This document shows, one piece after another, positions 37,507-47,327 of a stretch of DNA of 64,000 bases. Origin of the DNA: Polyangiaceae bacterium (GTDB lineage: Bacteria > Myxococcota_A > Polyangia > Polyangiales > Polyangiaceae); assembly GCA_033763455.1 (NCBI GenBank), contig JANRKO010000050.1, positions 1-64,000 on the forward strand. Reading direction: 5' to 3'. A program made the translations under genes and the position numbers. The notes below the pieces were generated by a model. The model did not search any database and was not told the origin of the DNA. It was given only the letters and a program-made list of their open reading frames with translations. Numbering within the stretch: the stretch's first letter is position 1; every line of letters starts with the position of its first letter.

Positions 37507-39033
37507 GTGTTGCCCCAGAAAGGCAAAGTGTTCGTGGCCGGTAATTTTCAGAAGCGTCCGCCTCTGGATTCCGCCGCAACCGTCGTTCCACACGAGGGGC
37601 GAGTTCCGCCCAATGATCTCGATGTAGAGGGGGCGGTTCTCGGCGCTATTCTGCTGGAGCCAGACGCGAGTGATCGCGTTTCGCAGCTGCTTTTGGCTGA
37701 CCACTTTTATTCGGACGCGAATCGCCGGATCTACGAAGCCGTTCTGGAGCTGCGCAAGGTGGGTCGTCCTGCCGACATGGTGTCCGTCGCCAGCTGGCTC
37801 AAAGATCGCGAGCGCCTGGCACAGGTAGGGGGCGTCGCGTACCTCGCGCAACTTGCGGATGCCACGCCCGCGGTTGCGAACGTGGAGGCGCACGCGAGGG
37901 TGATCCGGGAGAAGTGGCGTCTACGGAAGCTTATCGCCACTTGCCAGCGCTTTGCAGCGGAGGGTTATTCCGACTGCGGGGATGTGCAGGGGTTTATTGA
38001 TCGCGCGGAGCAGGAGGTCTTTGAGATAGGGCGGGTGGAGGAAGGTACATCCATTGTCCCTGTCAAAGACGCGATTACGGCAGCGTTTCAAGTTCTGATC
38101 GAAGCTTCGCGCAGAGGTGGTGCCGTTACAGGTATCGAAACTGGCTTTACGGAGCTCGACAAAAAGACTGCCGGCTTGCACCCAGGTGATTTGTACATCG
38201 TGGCGGGGCGCCCCGGTATGGGCAAGACCTCGTTCGTGATGAATATGGCGGTGAACGTCGCTCGTGCGCGTGATGTAGCGGTGGTAACCGATGAATCTAG
38301 TGGAGATGCGCCGGTTGAACAGCCAGGTTACGCGGTAGCTTTTTTCTCGTTAGAAATGCCACGTGAGCAGCTGGCTGCGCGGCTTCTTGCAAGTGAAGCC
38401 AGGATCGACGTGTCGCGGCTCCGCTCGGGTGACATTCGACGAGATGATTGGAACCGGCTCACCGAAGCCGCGGCGCAACTTGGACGGCTCCCGCTCTGGT
38501 TGGATGATACACCAGCGCTCACCTTGCTTGATCTGCGCGCAAAGATTAGGCGTCTGCAGGCATCCCTTGGAAGAGATGGGCAAGGGGCAACGCGGCTTGG
38601 CCTGGTAGCGATCGATTACTTACAGCTCATGCAGGGGCGGCGCGACGCTGGAAGCCGCGAGCAAGAGATCAGTGAGTTGTCCCGAGGGCTGAAGCAGCTC
38701 GCCAAGGAGATGAAGGTTCCAGTTTTGGCTTTGAGTCAGCTTAATCGCTCAGTGGAAACGCGCGGTACGAAAGACAAGCGCCCTCAATTGAGCGATCTTC
38801 GGGAATCCGGTGCTATCGAGCAGGACGCCGATACCATCATCTTCATCTACCGCGATGAGTATTACTTTCCGGACAGCCCCGATAAGGGTGCCGCCGAAAT
38901 CATCATCGCTAAACAACGCAACGGACCGACCGGCAAGGTGATGACCAAGTTCACCAGTGAATACACACGCTTCGACAATCTGGCGCGCGAGGAATACAAC
39001 TTCGACGAGTTTGACGATTTTGCGCAGGGGTAA
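37507..39033 (+). CDS. dnaB: Replicative DNA helicase
   Basis: GRPGMGKT, FSLEM, IDYLQL, LSQLNR and DLRESGAIEQDAD. Start uncertain; no intein seen. Confidence 0.96.
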   Translation: MLPQKGKVFVAGNFQKRPPLDSAATVVPHEGRVPPNDLDVEGAVLGAILLEPDASDRVSQLLLADHFYSDANRRIYEAVLELRKVGRPADMVSVASWLKDRERLAQVGGVAYLAQLADATPAVANVEAHARVIREKWRLRKLIATCQRFAAEGYSDCGDVQGFIDRAEQEVFEIGRVEEGTSIVPVKDAITAAFQVLIEASRRGGAVTGIETGFTELDKKTAGLHPGDLYIVAGRPGMGKTSFVMNMAVNVARARDVAVVTDESSGDAPVEQPGYAVAFFSLEMPREQLAARLLASEARIDVSRLRSGDIRRDDWNRLTEAAAQLGRLPLWLDDTPALTLLDLRAKIRRLQASLGRDGQGATRLGLVAIDYLQLMQGRRDAGSREQEISELSRGLKQLAKEMKVPVLALSQLNRSVETRGTKDKRPQLSDLRESGAIEQDADTIIFIYRDEYYFPDSPDKGAAEIIIAKQRNGPTGKVMTKFTSEYTRFDNLAREEYNFDEFDDFAQG

Positions 39034-39037
39034 GCGT

Positions 39038-40069
39038 TCAGGGCGCCTTGTTGCGGGCTCGCCCCACGTGCTCCGCAAGCAAGTTCATGAGGGGGCCGAG
39101 GCCACTGTTCGTGGCGGCACTGATGAGGTGCAGTTCGATACCCCGCCGCGCCATTTCATCGCGCACTTCCGGGTACGCGTCCTCTACGTCGGGTAGATCG
39201 GACTTTGTCATCGCGACAAGTTCGGGCTGCTTTGCCAATTCTGGATCAAAACGTTCAAGTTCGCGCCGAATGATCTCATAGTCGGTAATTGGTGAACGCG
39301 CAGGATCCCCCGAGAGCGTGATCAAGTGCAACAACACTCGCGTGCGCTCCAGGTGTTTCAGAAAGTGGGTGCCAAGACCGGCGCCTTCGCTCGCACCCTC
39401 TATGAGGCCTGGAATGTCGGCGATCACGAAGGTACCCTCGGCACTCATATGCCGTTCATCGAGCGTCACAACACCGAGGTGTGGCCTCAGGGTGGTGAAT
39501 GGGTAGTCAGCAACTTCCGGCCGCGCGCGGCTAACGGCACGAATCAGTGTGCTTTTGCCCACGTTTGGAAATCCTAACAGCCCAACATCGGCGAGAACCT
39601 TCAGTTCGAGGCGCAACAAGCGCTGCTCCCCGGGGGTACCCGGTTCGGCTCTACGCGGCGCGCGATCGGTGGGAGTCGTAAAATGCTTGTTGCCGCGGCC
39701 CCCCTTGCCACCACGAACAACGACGAAGGTTTGGCCGGCCTCCGTCAGCTCAGCGAGCTGTTCACCCGTCTCCGCGTCGTAAATGATTGTGCCGAGGGGC
39801 AGGCGAATCTCGCGATCGCTGGCGGCCCTCCCATGGCAATCCCGACCTTCTCCGCGACCTCCCGGTTCGGCTTTCACCACACGGACATGCACGAGATCGA
39901 GCAAGGTGTTGCGCCCTGGGTCACCCACCAAAACAACGTCGCCGCCTCTGCCGCCATCCCCACCTGAAGGGCCCCCAAAGGGCACAAACTTGGCTCTGCG
40001 AAAGGCAATACAGCCGTCGCCGCCGTTGCCGGCAATGACCTGGAGGGTGCATTCATCAATAAAACGCAT
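39038..40069 (-). CDS. obgE: GTPase ObgE/CgtA
   Basis: Gly-rich Obg fold, GFPNVGKST, YPFTT, DIPG. Confidence 0.96.
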   Translation of the reverse strand: MRFIDECTLQVIAGNGGDGCIAFRRAKFVPFGGPSGGDGGRGGDVVLVGDPGRNTLLDLVHVRVVKAEPGGRGEGRDCHGRAASDREIRLPLGTIIYDAETGEQLAELTEAGQTFVVVRGGKGGRGNKHFTTPTDRAPRRAEPGTPGEQRLLRLELKVLADVGLLGFPNVGKSTLIRAVSRARPEVADYPFTTLRPHLGVVTLDERHMSAEGTFVIADIPGLIEGASEGAGLGTHFLKHLERTRVLLHLITLSGDPARSPITDYEIIRRELERFDPELAKQPELVAMTKSDLPDVEDAYPEVRDEMARRGIELHLISAATNSGLGPLMNLLAEHVGRARNKAP

Positions 40070-40138
40070 AGGGGTTTGGGCCTGGCCAAGCCCGCTTGGA
40101 CCTGAAGCGGGGGGCGCCCTATACCCCGAACTCGGTCG

Positions 40139-40822
40139 TCAGTCCCGAATGATCACGCGAGCTACGGGTGGCCGGCTAGGCCGAGCGCGCACCTGCTTGG
40201 CGGAATGGGCCTGCCGAAAAGCCGTGAGCGCTGAAATCGTCGATTCAAGGCCCGCTCCTTTGGCGGCCTCGCGCGTGAAAACCTCCGGGATCTCGGCAAG
40301 GGCAAGAGCGGTGGTCTTGCTGAGGGTTACCTCGCGTTCCACGAAAGAGTCGAAATCTCTGTAGCCCTTAGGGGAGTAGAGCTTTTTGTCTCGAATCTCC
40401 GCGAGCAGCTCCCCCGCCTCATAGAAGGAGTCCGAAAGCGTCTTCTTGAACGTGTTGAGTTGGGTCAACATCGTGTGCAGCCGGAGGATCTGGGATTTAA
40501 TGTCGTCCGCGTTGTCGGGGGTTCGAAGGGTGGCCCGGGCGCTGCCAGGGCGCACTGGCTCTTCGAGGCGACGCGCTTTTTCAGCGGCCTGCTTGGCGGC
40601 ATGACGGGTGGCCCAGGGGGCGGCCCCCCTGCTCCCACGACGGGCTGCCTGGCTCGCTGCATCGGTTGAGTCGACCGTATCTACGGGCGTCGGCTCCGCA
40701 GCGGGGACGGGTGCGACTTCCGCCGGACGCACTGCCCGCGTGCTCACGGTTGACTTCGCCGCCCTGCGGGCGGCTGATACGGATGCGGGCTTGGTTCGGA
40801 GTGGAGTGCCTTTGTTTGCCAT
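40139..40822 (-). CDS. Hypothetical basic protein (possible DUF3102-like helical domain)
   Basis: Disordered Ala/Arg N-terminus followed by FYEAGELLAEIRDKKLY..GYRDFDSFVERE. Confidence 0.55.
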   Translation of the reverse strand: MANKGTPLRTKPASVSAARRAAKSTVSTRAVRPAEVAPVPAAEPTPVDTVDSTDAASQAARRGSRGAAPWATRHAAKQAAEKARRLEEPVRPGSARATLRTPDNADDIKSQILRLHTMLTQLNTFKKTLSDSFYEAGELLAEIRDKKLYSPKGYRDFDSFVEREVTLSKTTALALAEIPEVFTREAAKGAGLESTISALTAFRQAHSAKQVRARPSRPPVARVIIRD

Positions 40823-40943
40823 GGACTTCGCTCGTAATCTAGCAATTAGCTGTGTGAAAAACTGCGCCCAACGATAGGCGTCGGATTATTATTAAAATCT
40901 GTCGTAGTGTCCAATTGTTGGAGCCGGGCGCCGGTCAATTAAG

Positions 40944-42032
40944 ATGAATTCTGTGTCGACGAACCCCTCCACCCATCCGCCGTCAGGGCCGCTTAGTGGC
41001 CCACGCCGTCGAAGTATCGCTGTTGTGGTCAATGGGAGGGCGAAGAGTGTCACCAACGAGGTAATCGCCACACTGGACCAGATCCTTAAGGGCGGCGATC
41101 TATTTGTTTCGCGGAGCGTGCGCGATGCGCGCGAGATTGCTCGGACGCTGGTCGAGCGCGGCTACGACACCGTTCTCACTGGTGGCGGGGACGGAACTTT
41201 CACCGTGGTGGTGACCGAAGTCGTCCGTGAGGCTCGGGCCGCAGGGGCTATTTTGCCGCGTTTTGGCCTGCTTCACCTGGGCACGGGCAACTCCCTGGCG
41301 TGGGTCGTTGGCGCCAGCAAGATCATCGGGCCGGCCGGAAAGGGGTTGGCCGCTGATATCCAGCGTTTGCAGGAAGACGCCGGCAGCCGAAGCCTGCGTT
41401 TGATCGAGGTTGAGGGCAACATTACCCCGTTCTGCGGGCTCGGCGCCGACGCCACCATGCTGGAGGACTACGCTCAGGCCAAGCAGCGGCTCAGTAAGAC
41501 GGTGCTTAAGCCCATTGCGGCCGGACCGGTAAGTTATGCTGTCGCCGCCGTCACCCAGACGTTGCCTCGGTTCCTCGTTACGAAAATGCCACACTGTCGT
41601 GTGGTGAATCGCGGGGCTGACGCGTACCGCGTTGGGTCTCAGGGGCGAGTTCTGGGCAAGCCGATCCCCGAGGGGGCAGTCCTTTATGAGGGGCCGGCAC
41701 GCATCGCGGCCCTCTCAACCATCCCGTATTATGGCTTTGGGTTTCGCATGTTCCCCTTTGCGGACGAGAGGGAAGATCGCATGCAGCTGCGCATCTCCAC
41801 CATGCGTCCGCTGCCATTTGTTAAGAATTTCAGAGAGATATGGAAGGGAACTTATGCGAATCCTGAGATGCTGGCCGATTTCCTCGTGGAGAAGGTGAGC
41901 ATCGAAATGGATCCGCCAACAGCCTTTCAGATCGGCGGTGATCCTCACGGCAAACGCAGCGAGGTTATCGCAGGGCTGATGCCCGAGACGGTTCGAATCG
42001 TGGACTACTACTCTCCGCCGAGTGCTGAGTAA
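40944..42032 (+). CDS. Diacylglycerol/lipid kinase family protein
   Basis: GGGDGT, LGTGNSLA, FQIGGD. Confidence 0.85.
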   Translation: MNSVSTNPSTHPPSGPLSGPRRRSIAVVVNGRAKSVTNEVIATLDQILKGGDLFVSRSVRDAREIARTLVERGYDTVLTGGGDGTFTVVVTEVVREARAAGAILPRFGLLHLGTGNSLAWVVGASKIIGPAGKGLAADIQRLQEDAGSRSLRLIEVEGNITPFCGLGADATMLEDYAQAKQRLSKTVLKPIAAGPVSYAVAAVTQTLPRFLVTKMPHCRVVNRGADAYRVGSQGRVLGKPIPEGAVLYEGPARIAALSTIPYYGFGFRMFPFADEREDRMQLRISTMRPLPFVKNFREIWKGTYANPEMLADFLVEKVSIEMDPPTAFQIGGDPHGKRSEVIAGLMPETVRIVDYYSPPSAE

Positions 42033-42108
42033 CAAGGTAGGGGGCCCGCTCGGACTATCGGTGAAAAGTTTGGCCAGCGGGGCTACAGACTGTTAGCGAA
42101 GGAGGGCC

Positions 42109-42777
42109 ATGATCCTACCTGGGCGACTTTCACGCACAACGCTCGGCGATGTGTTGGGCGCTTTGCACCGAGAGCAGGCGGACGGCGTGCTGGAGCTCAT
42201 CGAGACAGGTGGGGCCAATGACCGACGGCATCGTGTGGAGTTCGCCAGGGGGCTTGTGCAAGGCATTGAATCTCCGCTTGGAGCTCCGCGCCTTGGCGAG
42301 CTACTGCGCTCCCGAGGAGTGCTCGGGGCGGACGGTGTGGTGGAGAAGTTATTGGGAGGAAGCCAAGGACGCATTGGTCGGACTTTGGTCAGTGCGGCTC
42401 TGGTTAGCCCCGAGGTTGTGGGGGTGGCGCTTCGTACTCAGCTCAGGGCTCGCCTTGAGGCCCTCTTTCAGATCCCTGACGCCAAGGTGCGCTTCCACGT
42501 AGCGCGAAACGGGGCGCTGGAAGGGGTGCGTGTGGTGCCGCTGATGTCGTCGGAATTTCTGCGGGGCCGTCCGCGTTTTCGAGATTCAAGTTCGAGCCGA
42601 GCGGAGCCATTGGATAATCTAGAGCCGGGTGCAACGAAGCCAGCGACTCGGCGCGAACAGTTCCGAGCATTGGCGAAAGAGCTTCACCCCGACCGCTTTC
42701 CAAACGCCACGCCCGAGGAACGCGAAACATTCGCCAAGCGCTTCTCCGCGCTTAGTGCTTCCTATCATCAACTCTAG
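42109..42777 (+). CDS. DUF4388-like domain plus C-terminal J domain
   Basis: LPGRLSRTTLGDVL, RLGELL, and J-domain FRALAKELHPDR. Confidence 0.7.
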   Translation: MILPGRLSRTTLGDVLGALHREQADGVLELIETGGANDRRHRVEFARGLVQGIESPLGAPRLGELLRSRGVLGADGVVEKLLGGSQGRIGRTLVSAALVSPEVVGVALRTQLRARLEALFQIPDAKVRFHVARNGALEGVRVVPLMSSEFLRGRPRFRDSSSSRAEPLDNLEPGATKPATRREQFRALAKELHPDRFPNATPEERETFAKRFSALSASYHQL

Positions 42778-42811
42778 CTGAGCAACCCCGGGGCCGCGCG
42801 CTCGCATCGCT

Positions 42812-43552
42812 TCAATCGTGAGAGCTCATCCACGCGGCGTGTCCGACGAAGAATGGACCCATCTGGCTGATATAGCGCGAGGTTTGTTTGGTCTTGCGCA
42901 TCGATTGCACCACATGCGACAGCGGGTGTAGTGCTTTACCGATCAAACCAATCACAAATTCATTGTCGTTCGCGTCTAGCCCGTGGCAGGCCAAGCGGAT
43001 GTCGTGCGCCAGATCTGCGGCTCCGTAAGCTCGCCCAATCTCGGCGTGTTCACGCAAGATGCCGCCCTTTTCGCGACCTTCCAACTCCTCAAACGCCCCA
43101 CTTCGCCGCAGCGGGTACCAGACTGCCCACGGCCAGGCAGGATTTTTTGCCGTTTGCCTGGGGCGATCGAGCAACCAATAGTTGAGATCCGATTCGTAGC
43201 CGCTCGAATAGGTGCGCCCCAGCATCGTGAGCTCCGGACGGACCTTGAGACCAAATGTTTTGTCGGCATTGCACGCCGGGCGGACGGCTCGCACGAACAT
43301 CGTCGGATCCTCGCTCCAGCTGAGCAGGCCAATCGAACTCGGTTGGTTGACGTCTTCATACAGCACGCTTGGAACCTCGCGCTGTTCGAGCTCGGCCGCT
43401 AGGTTTTTCAGACTCTCAGCGGGGCGAATGGCGGTGCAGTCCATCACCAAGAGTTGCATGAAAAGTCGCCGGTCCATCGTCTGCGGGTGGCCATCTTTAG
43501 GCGCACCGTGCTCAAGAACGTCGACTTCGGATACGGGGTGTTCGTGGGACAT
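42812..43552 (-). CDS. Chlorite-dismutase-family heme protein, coproheme decarboxylase (ChdC/HemQ)-like
   Basis: WYPLRR, proximal His in LREHAEIG, HGLD..EF, SQMGPFFVG. Confidence 0.75.
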   Translation of the reverse strand: MSHEHPVSEVDVLEHGAPKDGHPQTMDRRLFMQLLVMDCTAIRPAESLKNLAAELEQREVPSVLYEDVNQPSSIGLLSWSEDPTMFVRAVRPACNADKTFGLKVRPELTMLGRTYSSGYESDLNYWLLDRPRQTAKNPAWPWAVWYPLRRSGAFEELEGREKGGILREHAEIGRAYGAADLAHDIRLACHGLDANDNEFVIGLIGKALHPLSHVVQSMRKTKQTSRYISQMGPFFVGHAAWMSSHD

Positions 43553-43695
43553 TCCGCATGGATGACACCCTTTGTGCCGGGGGTCGAGAGCCAGGTGGCT
43601 TTCGCTTGGCGCCGGGCCGATTCCTGTTAAGCTCCGCCGCCTTGACGTACAAAAGGTCCGTTCCGCCGCTGGTTGATGCAGCCGAACCTCAAGCC

Positions 43696-44955
43696 ATGAG
43701 TGGTAGGGATTTAGCACATCTTGCGCACCCGCTTCCGGCGGGGATGCGCGATCTGCTCCCGCCCGAAGCTGGAGCCCAGGCAGAGCTGGTTAGCCAGCTG
43801 CTAAAGAGTTTGGATCTCCACGGTTACCTCCAAGTGGAGTTGCCCGCCTTCGAATATGCGAGTGTGCTCGAACGAGGAATTGGCGCGCTGGATCCTTCGG
43901 AGGTGGTGCGCTTCATCGAACCCGGCACTGGCGAAGTTGTTGTCCTTCGGCCAGACATGACGCCCCAGGTGGCTAGGCTGGTCGCCACTCGTTTGGGCGA
44001 AGCGCCGGCCCCAGCGCGCATCGCGTATCGCGGAAGTGTGGTTCGGCAGCGTCGGCAACGCGCGCGTCGCCACCGTGAGATCCCGCAGGTTGGCTTGGAG
44101 CTGATTGGGTTGGGCGGTCAAGCGGGGGACCTAGAGGTCCTCACGGCTGCAACCAGGGCACTGGCCGCGACGGGCCTCGCTTCGTTCACTTTGGATCTTG
44201 GGAACGTGAAGATCACCCGCGCACTTTTGGCGAGTGTAAGCCCGCCCGAGCGCTCGGATCTCATTGAGGCGCTCCACCTAAAGGATTCGGCCAGCCTCGC
44301 GCGGCGCGCCGAACGGCTCGGGGTTTCAAAGGCCGAAACCGCAGCTCTAGCCGCGCTGGCAGAATTACACGGTGGCCCCGAAGTGTGGCCCCGCGCCGAG
44401 CGTGTACTCGCAGGTACTGCAGCTGAGCTGGCCCTTGCCGAGTTGCGTGAGCTCGCTGAAGCCGTCGAGAAGTACGAGCTTGCTAGTTCTGTTTTGGTAG
44501 ATCTCGGGGAAACCTGGGATTTCAACTACTACACCGGTGCTGTGTTTCACCTGCTGGCTGAAGGTCCTGGCGAACCCATTGGCTCAGGAGGGCGCTACGA
44601 CGGCTTGTCGGAGTTATTCGGAGCCCCGAATTACGCGGCGGGTTTTGCGATCGATGTGAGCAATCTGTCATGGGCACTTGAGAAGTCAGGACGAAAGCAT
44701 TCGGTGCCGCGCGTCGTTGTCGCGGACGATCAAGCAGATGCAGCGATATTGTCAGCCCTGCGCCAGCGCGGGGTGCGGGTGGCCACCGCCAAAGCAGCGG
44801 ACTTGTCGGGTTTTGCTCAAGCATGGGCCTATTCGCACCAGCTTGAGCTAAAGGCTGGCCAAGCCGTGTTGCGTGATCAGTATGGGGTTTTAGTCTCTTG
44901 CAGCTTCGAGTCCGCGGCCAGTTTGGCCGAATGGATAAAAAGCCGCGTGAATTGA
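43696..44955 (+). CDS. hisZ: ATP phosphoribosyltransferase regulatory subunit
   Basis: PAGMRDLLP, LRPDMTPQVAR, YYTG, GGRYD. Adjacent to purA. Confidence 0.9.
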   Translation: MSGRDLAHLAHPLPAGMRDLLPPEAGAQAELVSQLLKSLDLHGYLQVELPAFEYASVLERGIGALDPSEVVRFIEPGTGEVVVLRPDMTPQVARLVATRLGEAPAPARIAYRGSVVRQRRQRARRHREIPQVGLELIGLGGQAGDLEVLTAATRALAATGLASFTLDLGNVKITRALLASVSPPERSDLIEALHLKDSASLARRAERLGVSKAETAALAALAELHGGPEVWPRAERVLAGTAAELALAELRELAEAVEKYELASSVLVDLGETWDFNYYTGAVFHLLAEGPGEPIGSGGRYDGLSELFGAPNYAAGFAIDVSNLSWALEKSGRKHSVPRVVVADDQADAAILSALRQRGVRVATAKAADLSGFAQAWAYSHQLELKAGQAVLRDQYGVLVSCSFESAASLAEWIKSRVN

Positions 44956-44972
44956 AAGGTTAGGAATAATTT

Positions 44973-46286
44973 ATGAGTGCGGTTGTGATCGTTGGCGCCC
45001 AGTGGGGAGATGAGGGCAAGGGCAAAATCGTGGATATTTACACGGAGTTTGCCGATGTCGTCGTCCGATATGCGGGGGGCCCGAATGCCGGTCACACGCT
45101 CGTTGTCGGCGACGAGAAGCTGGTGGTGCGTCTGCTGCCGAGCGGTATTTTGCGCGAGGGTTCAACCTGTATCCTAGGTCAGGGCATGGTGATCGATCTC
45201 GACGTCTTAGTCGGTGAGATCGACGAGCTCTTGCGGCGTGGAAAGTCCCATGTTGAAGGCCAGCTTTGGATCAGTGATAGGGCGCACCTGGTGCTCCCGT
45301 ACCACATCTTGGTGGATACCTTGCGCGAAGGCACAGCCAAGGAAGGTAAGGCACTTGGAACTACTAAAAAGGGGATAGGTCCGGCCTACGAAGATAAGGT
45401 TCGTCGTGTCGGCATCCGCGCGGGGGATCTGAAAGATAGAGCCAAGTTAGCGTCAAAGTTGACCACAGCACTTGAAGCTTGGGAGCCCGTAATTCGTGCC
45501 CTCGGCGGGGAGCCGCCAACGGTAGCATCGGTGATGGCAACACTTGAGCCGCGGATTGGGCGTATTTTGCCCCGTTTGGCGAATGCTTCCAGAATGGTGG
45601 ACGACGCGGTGCGCGCCAAGAAGCGCGTCATGTTTGAAGGCGCACAAGGTACACTGCTCGATGTTGATCACGGGACCTATCCGTTCGTTACCTCAAGCTC
45701 AGCGGTATCCGGTGGAGCGGCCATCGGCAGTGGCATCGGCCCCAACCGCATCTCTACGGTGATCGGTATCACCAAGGCTTATGCCACTCGGGTGGGTGCA
45801 GGCCCTTTCCCGACAGAGCTTGAAGACGCCTCGGGCAAACACTTGCGTGAAGTCGGGGCTGAGTTCGGATCGGTAACCGGTCGCCCCCGACGTACGGGTT
45901 GGCTCGATATTCCGGCCCTCCGTTATGCGGCCCGCGTCAATGGCTTGGACGGGCTTGCCCTCACGAAGGTGGACGTACTCACAGGACTCGACACTCTTAA
46001 GATTTGCGTGGCGTATGACACCCCAGAGGGCCGCACAGAGGATCTTCCGATTGACTGGTTGGATGAGCCCGAAAAAGCCGTGCCCGTCTTCGAGGAGCTG
46101 ACGGGCTGGAAGGAGTCGTTGAATGCGGTGAGAGTACTGGAGCAATTGCCCGCCGCCGCACGGGCCTACGTGCGCTTCATTGAAGATCGAAGCGGGGTGC
46201 CGATTTATCTGGTGAGCGTGGGTCCGCGTCGCGACGAGACCATCATGTTGCACAATCCATTCGTCGGGCGCGCCGCAGCACCGTAA
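44973..46286 (+). CDS. purA: Adenylosuccinate synthetase
   Basis: GAQWGDEGKGK, NAGHT, EGAQG, TGRPRRTGW. Confidence 0.97.
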   Translation: MSAVVIVGAQWGDEGKGKIVDIYTEFADVVVRYAGGPNAGHTLVVGDEKLVVRLLPSGILREGSTCILGQGMVIDLDVLVGEIDELLRRGKSHVEGQLWISDRAHLVLPYHILVDTLREGTAKEGKALGTTKKGIGPAYEDKVRRVGIRAGDLKDRAKLASKLTTALEAWEPVIRALGGEPPTVASVMATLEPRIGRILPRLANASRMVDDAVRAKKRVMFEGAQGTLLDVDHGTYPFVTSSSAVSGGAAIGSGIGPNRISTVIGITKAYATRVGAGPFPTELEDASGKHLREVGAEFGSVTGRPRRTGWLDIPALRYAARVNGLDGLALTKVDVLTGLDTLKICVAYDTPEGRTEDLPIDWLDEPEKAVPVFEELTGWKESLNAVRVLEQLPAAARAYVRFIEDRSGVPIYLVSVGPRRDETIMLHNPFVGRAAAP

Positions 46287-46391
46287 CGCAGGGCGGAGCT
46301 ATAGGTCCTCGCCGCCGCACTGTGTGCGGCAGCACTGCCTGTGGGGCTCCACTCCGCTTGCGTGTACGCGCTCGGCTGATAAATTGGCCTT

Positions 46392-47327
46392 GTGTCGTTC
46401 TATGCGTTCGCCTGGGTAGCGCTTGGGCTAGCCTCCGGTCCAAGCGTTGAGGCTCGGGAAGCCGTGGCACAGTTGAGCCCACGCTGGCCGGCTTGTGTCG
46501 CTCGCGAAGGGCGTGTCGCCGTGCGCCCTTGGGACCTCAAGGCCCGCTCCGAAGTTGAGGTTGCCTGTGAGCAGCTCGCATTAGGCCATGCTGTACTCGA
46601 AGCAACGCCAGAGCGTTCGCTGGCTCTTGCAGAAGGTTTGCTTAGAAAAAAGGGTGGGCTGCCCGATCTGTGGGCGCAAAGTGCGATCTTGGCGGGTAGG
46701 GCGCTCGTTCGTCTCGGGCGACCAGACTCTGCGTGGGAGTATTTCCAGCGAGCACAAAGCCGGGGCGTTCGACCCACGGGGCCACGCGCGCTCTACGACT
46801 TTGCTCGTGCCGCACAGTTCACGAACCACCAAACCGAAGCCTTGGTGGCTCTGAGGGCTGCTAGCACTCAAATGGCGTTCATGAGCCCTAGCTTCCGACA
46901 GGGCATTTACCTCGAAGCTGGTGCGATTTCGATCTTGGAAAATAAGCTGCAGCCAGCACTCGGTTTCTTGGAGCTAGCGCGCCGTGAGCCAGGTGCCGTT
47001 GAATACAGAAGCTTGGTACGCGCGCTGTTGAGCACAACGCTTGAGCTCCTCGGCAAACCCGAGCAAGCCCGCACCGTATTGTCCGAAATCCCGGATATCT
47101 GGGCTCTCACAGAGGGACCTTTGGATCCCGGTTTCGAGCCGAATCGCGGCCGAACGTTGACGCCTTTTTTGGACCCAATCCTCGCGAAAACGGCTGCCGC
47201 AGTGCTGCTTTCGACGGCCGACCCAAACGCCTCAGCTGAGCTGTTTGAGGAGCTAAGAAGCGATCCGAAGGCTCCCGAAATTCTTCGTAAATTGGCCGAG
47301 TTGAAGCTGCGTGGGGCGAACCCATGA
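46392..47327 (+). CDS. Secreted TPR-like protein
   Basis: Hydrophobic N-terminus and TPR-like helices (AGRALVRLGRPDSAWEYF). Confidence 0.55.
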   Translation: MSFYAFAWVALGLASGPSVEAREAVAQLSPRWPACVAREGRVAVRPWDLKARSEVEVACEQLALGHAVLEATPERSLALAEGLLRKKGGLPDLWAQSAILAGRALVRLGRPDSAWEYFQRAQSRGVRPTGPRALYDFARAAQFTNHQTEALVALRAASTQMAFMSPSFRQGIYLEAGAISILENKLQPALGFLELARREPGAVEYRSLVRALLSTTLELLGKPEQARTVLSEIPDIWALTEGPLDPGFEPNRGRTLTPFLDPILAKTAAAVLLSTADPNASAELFEELRSDPKAPEILRKLAELKLRGANP

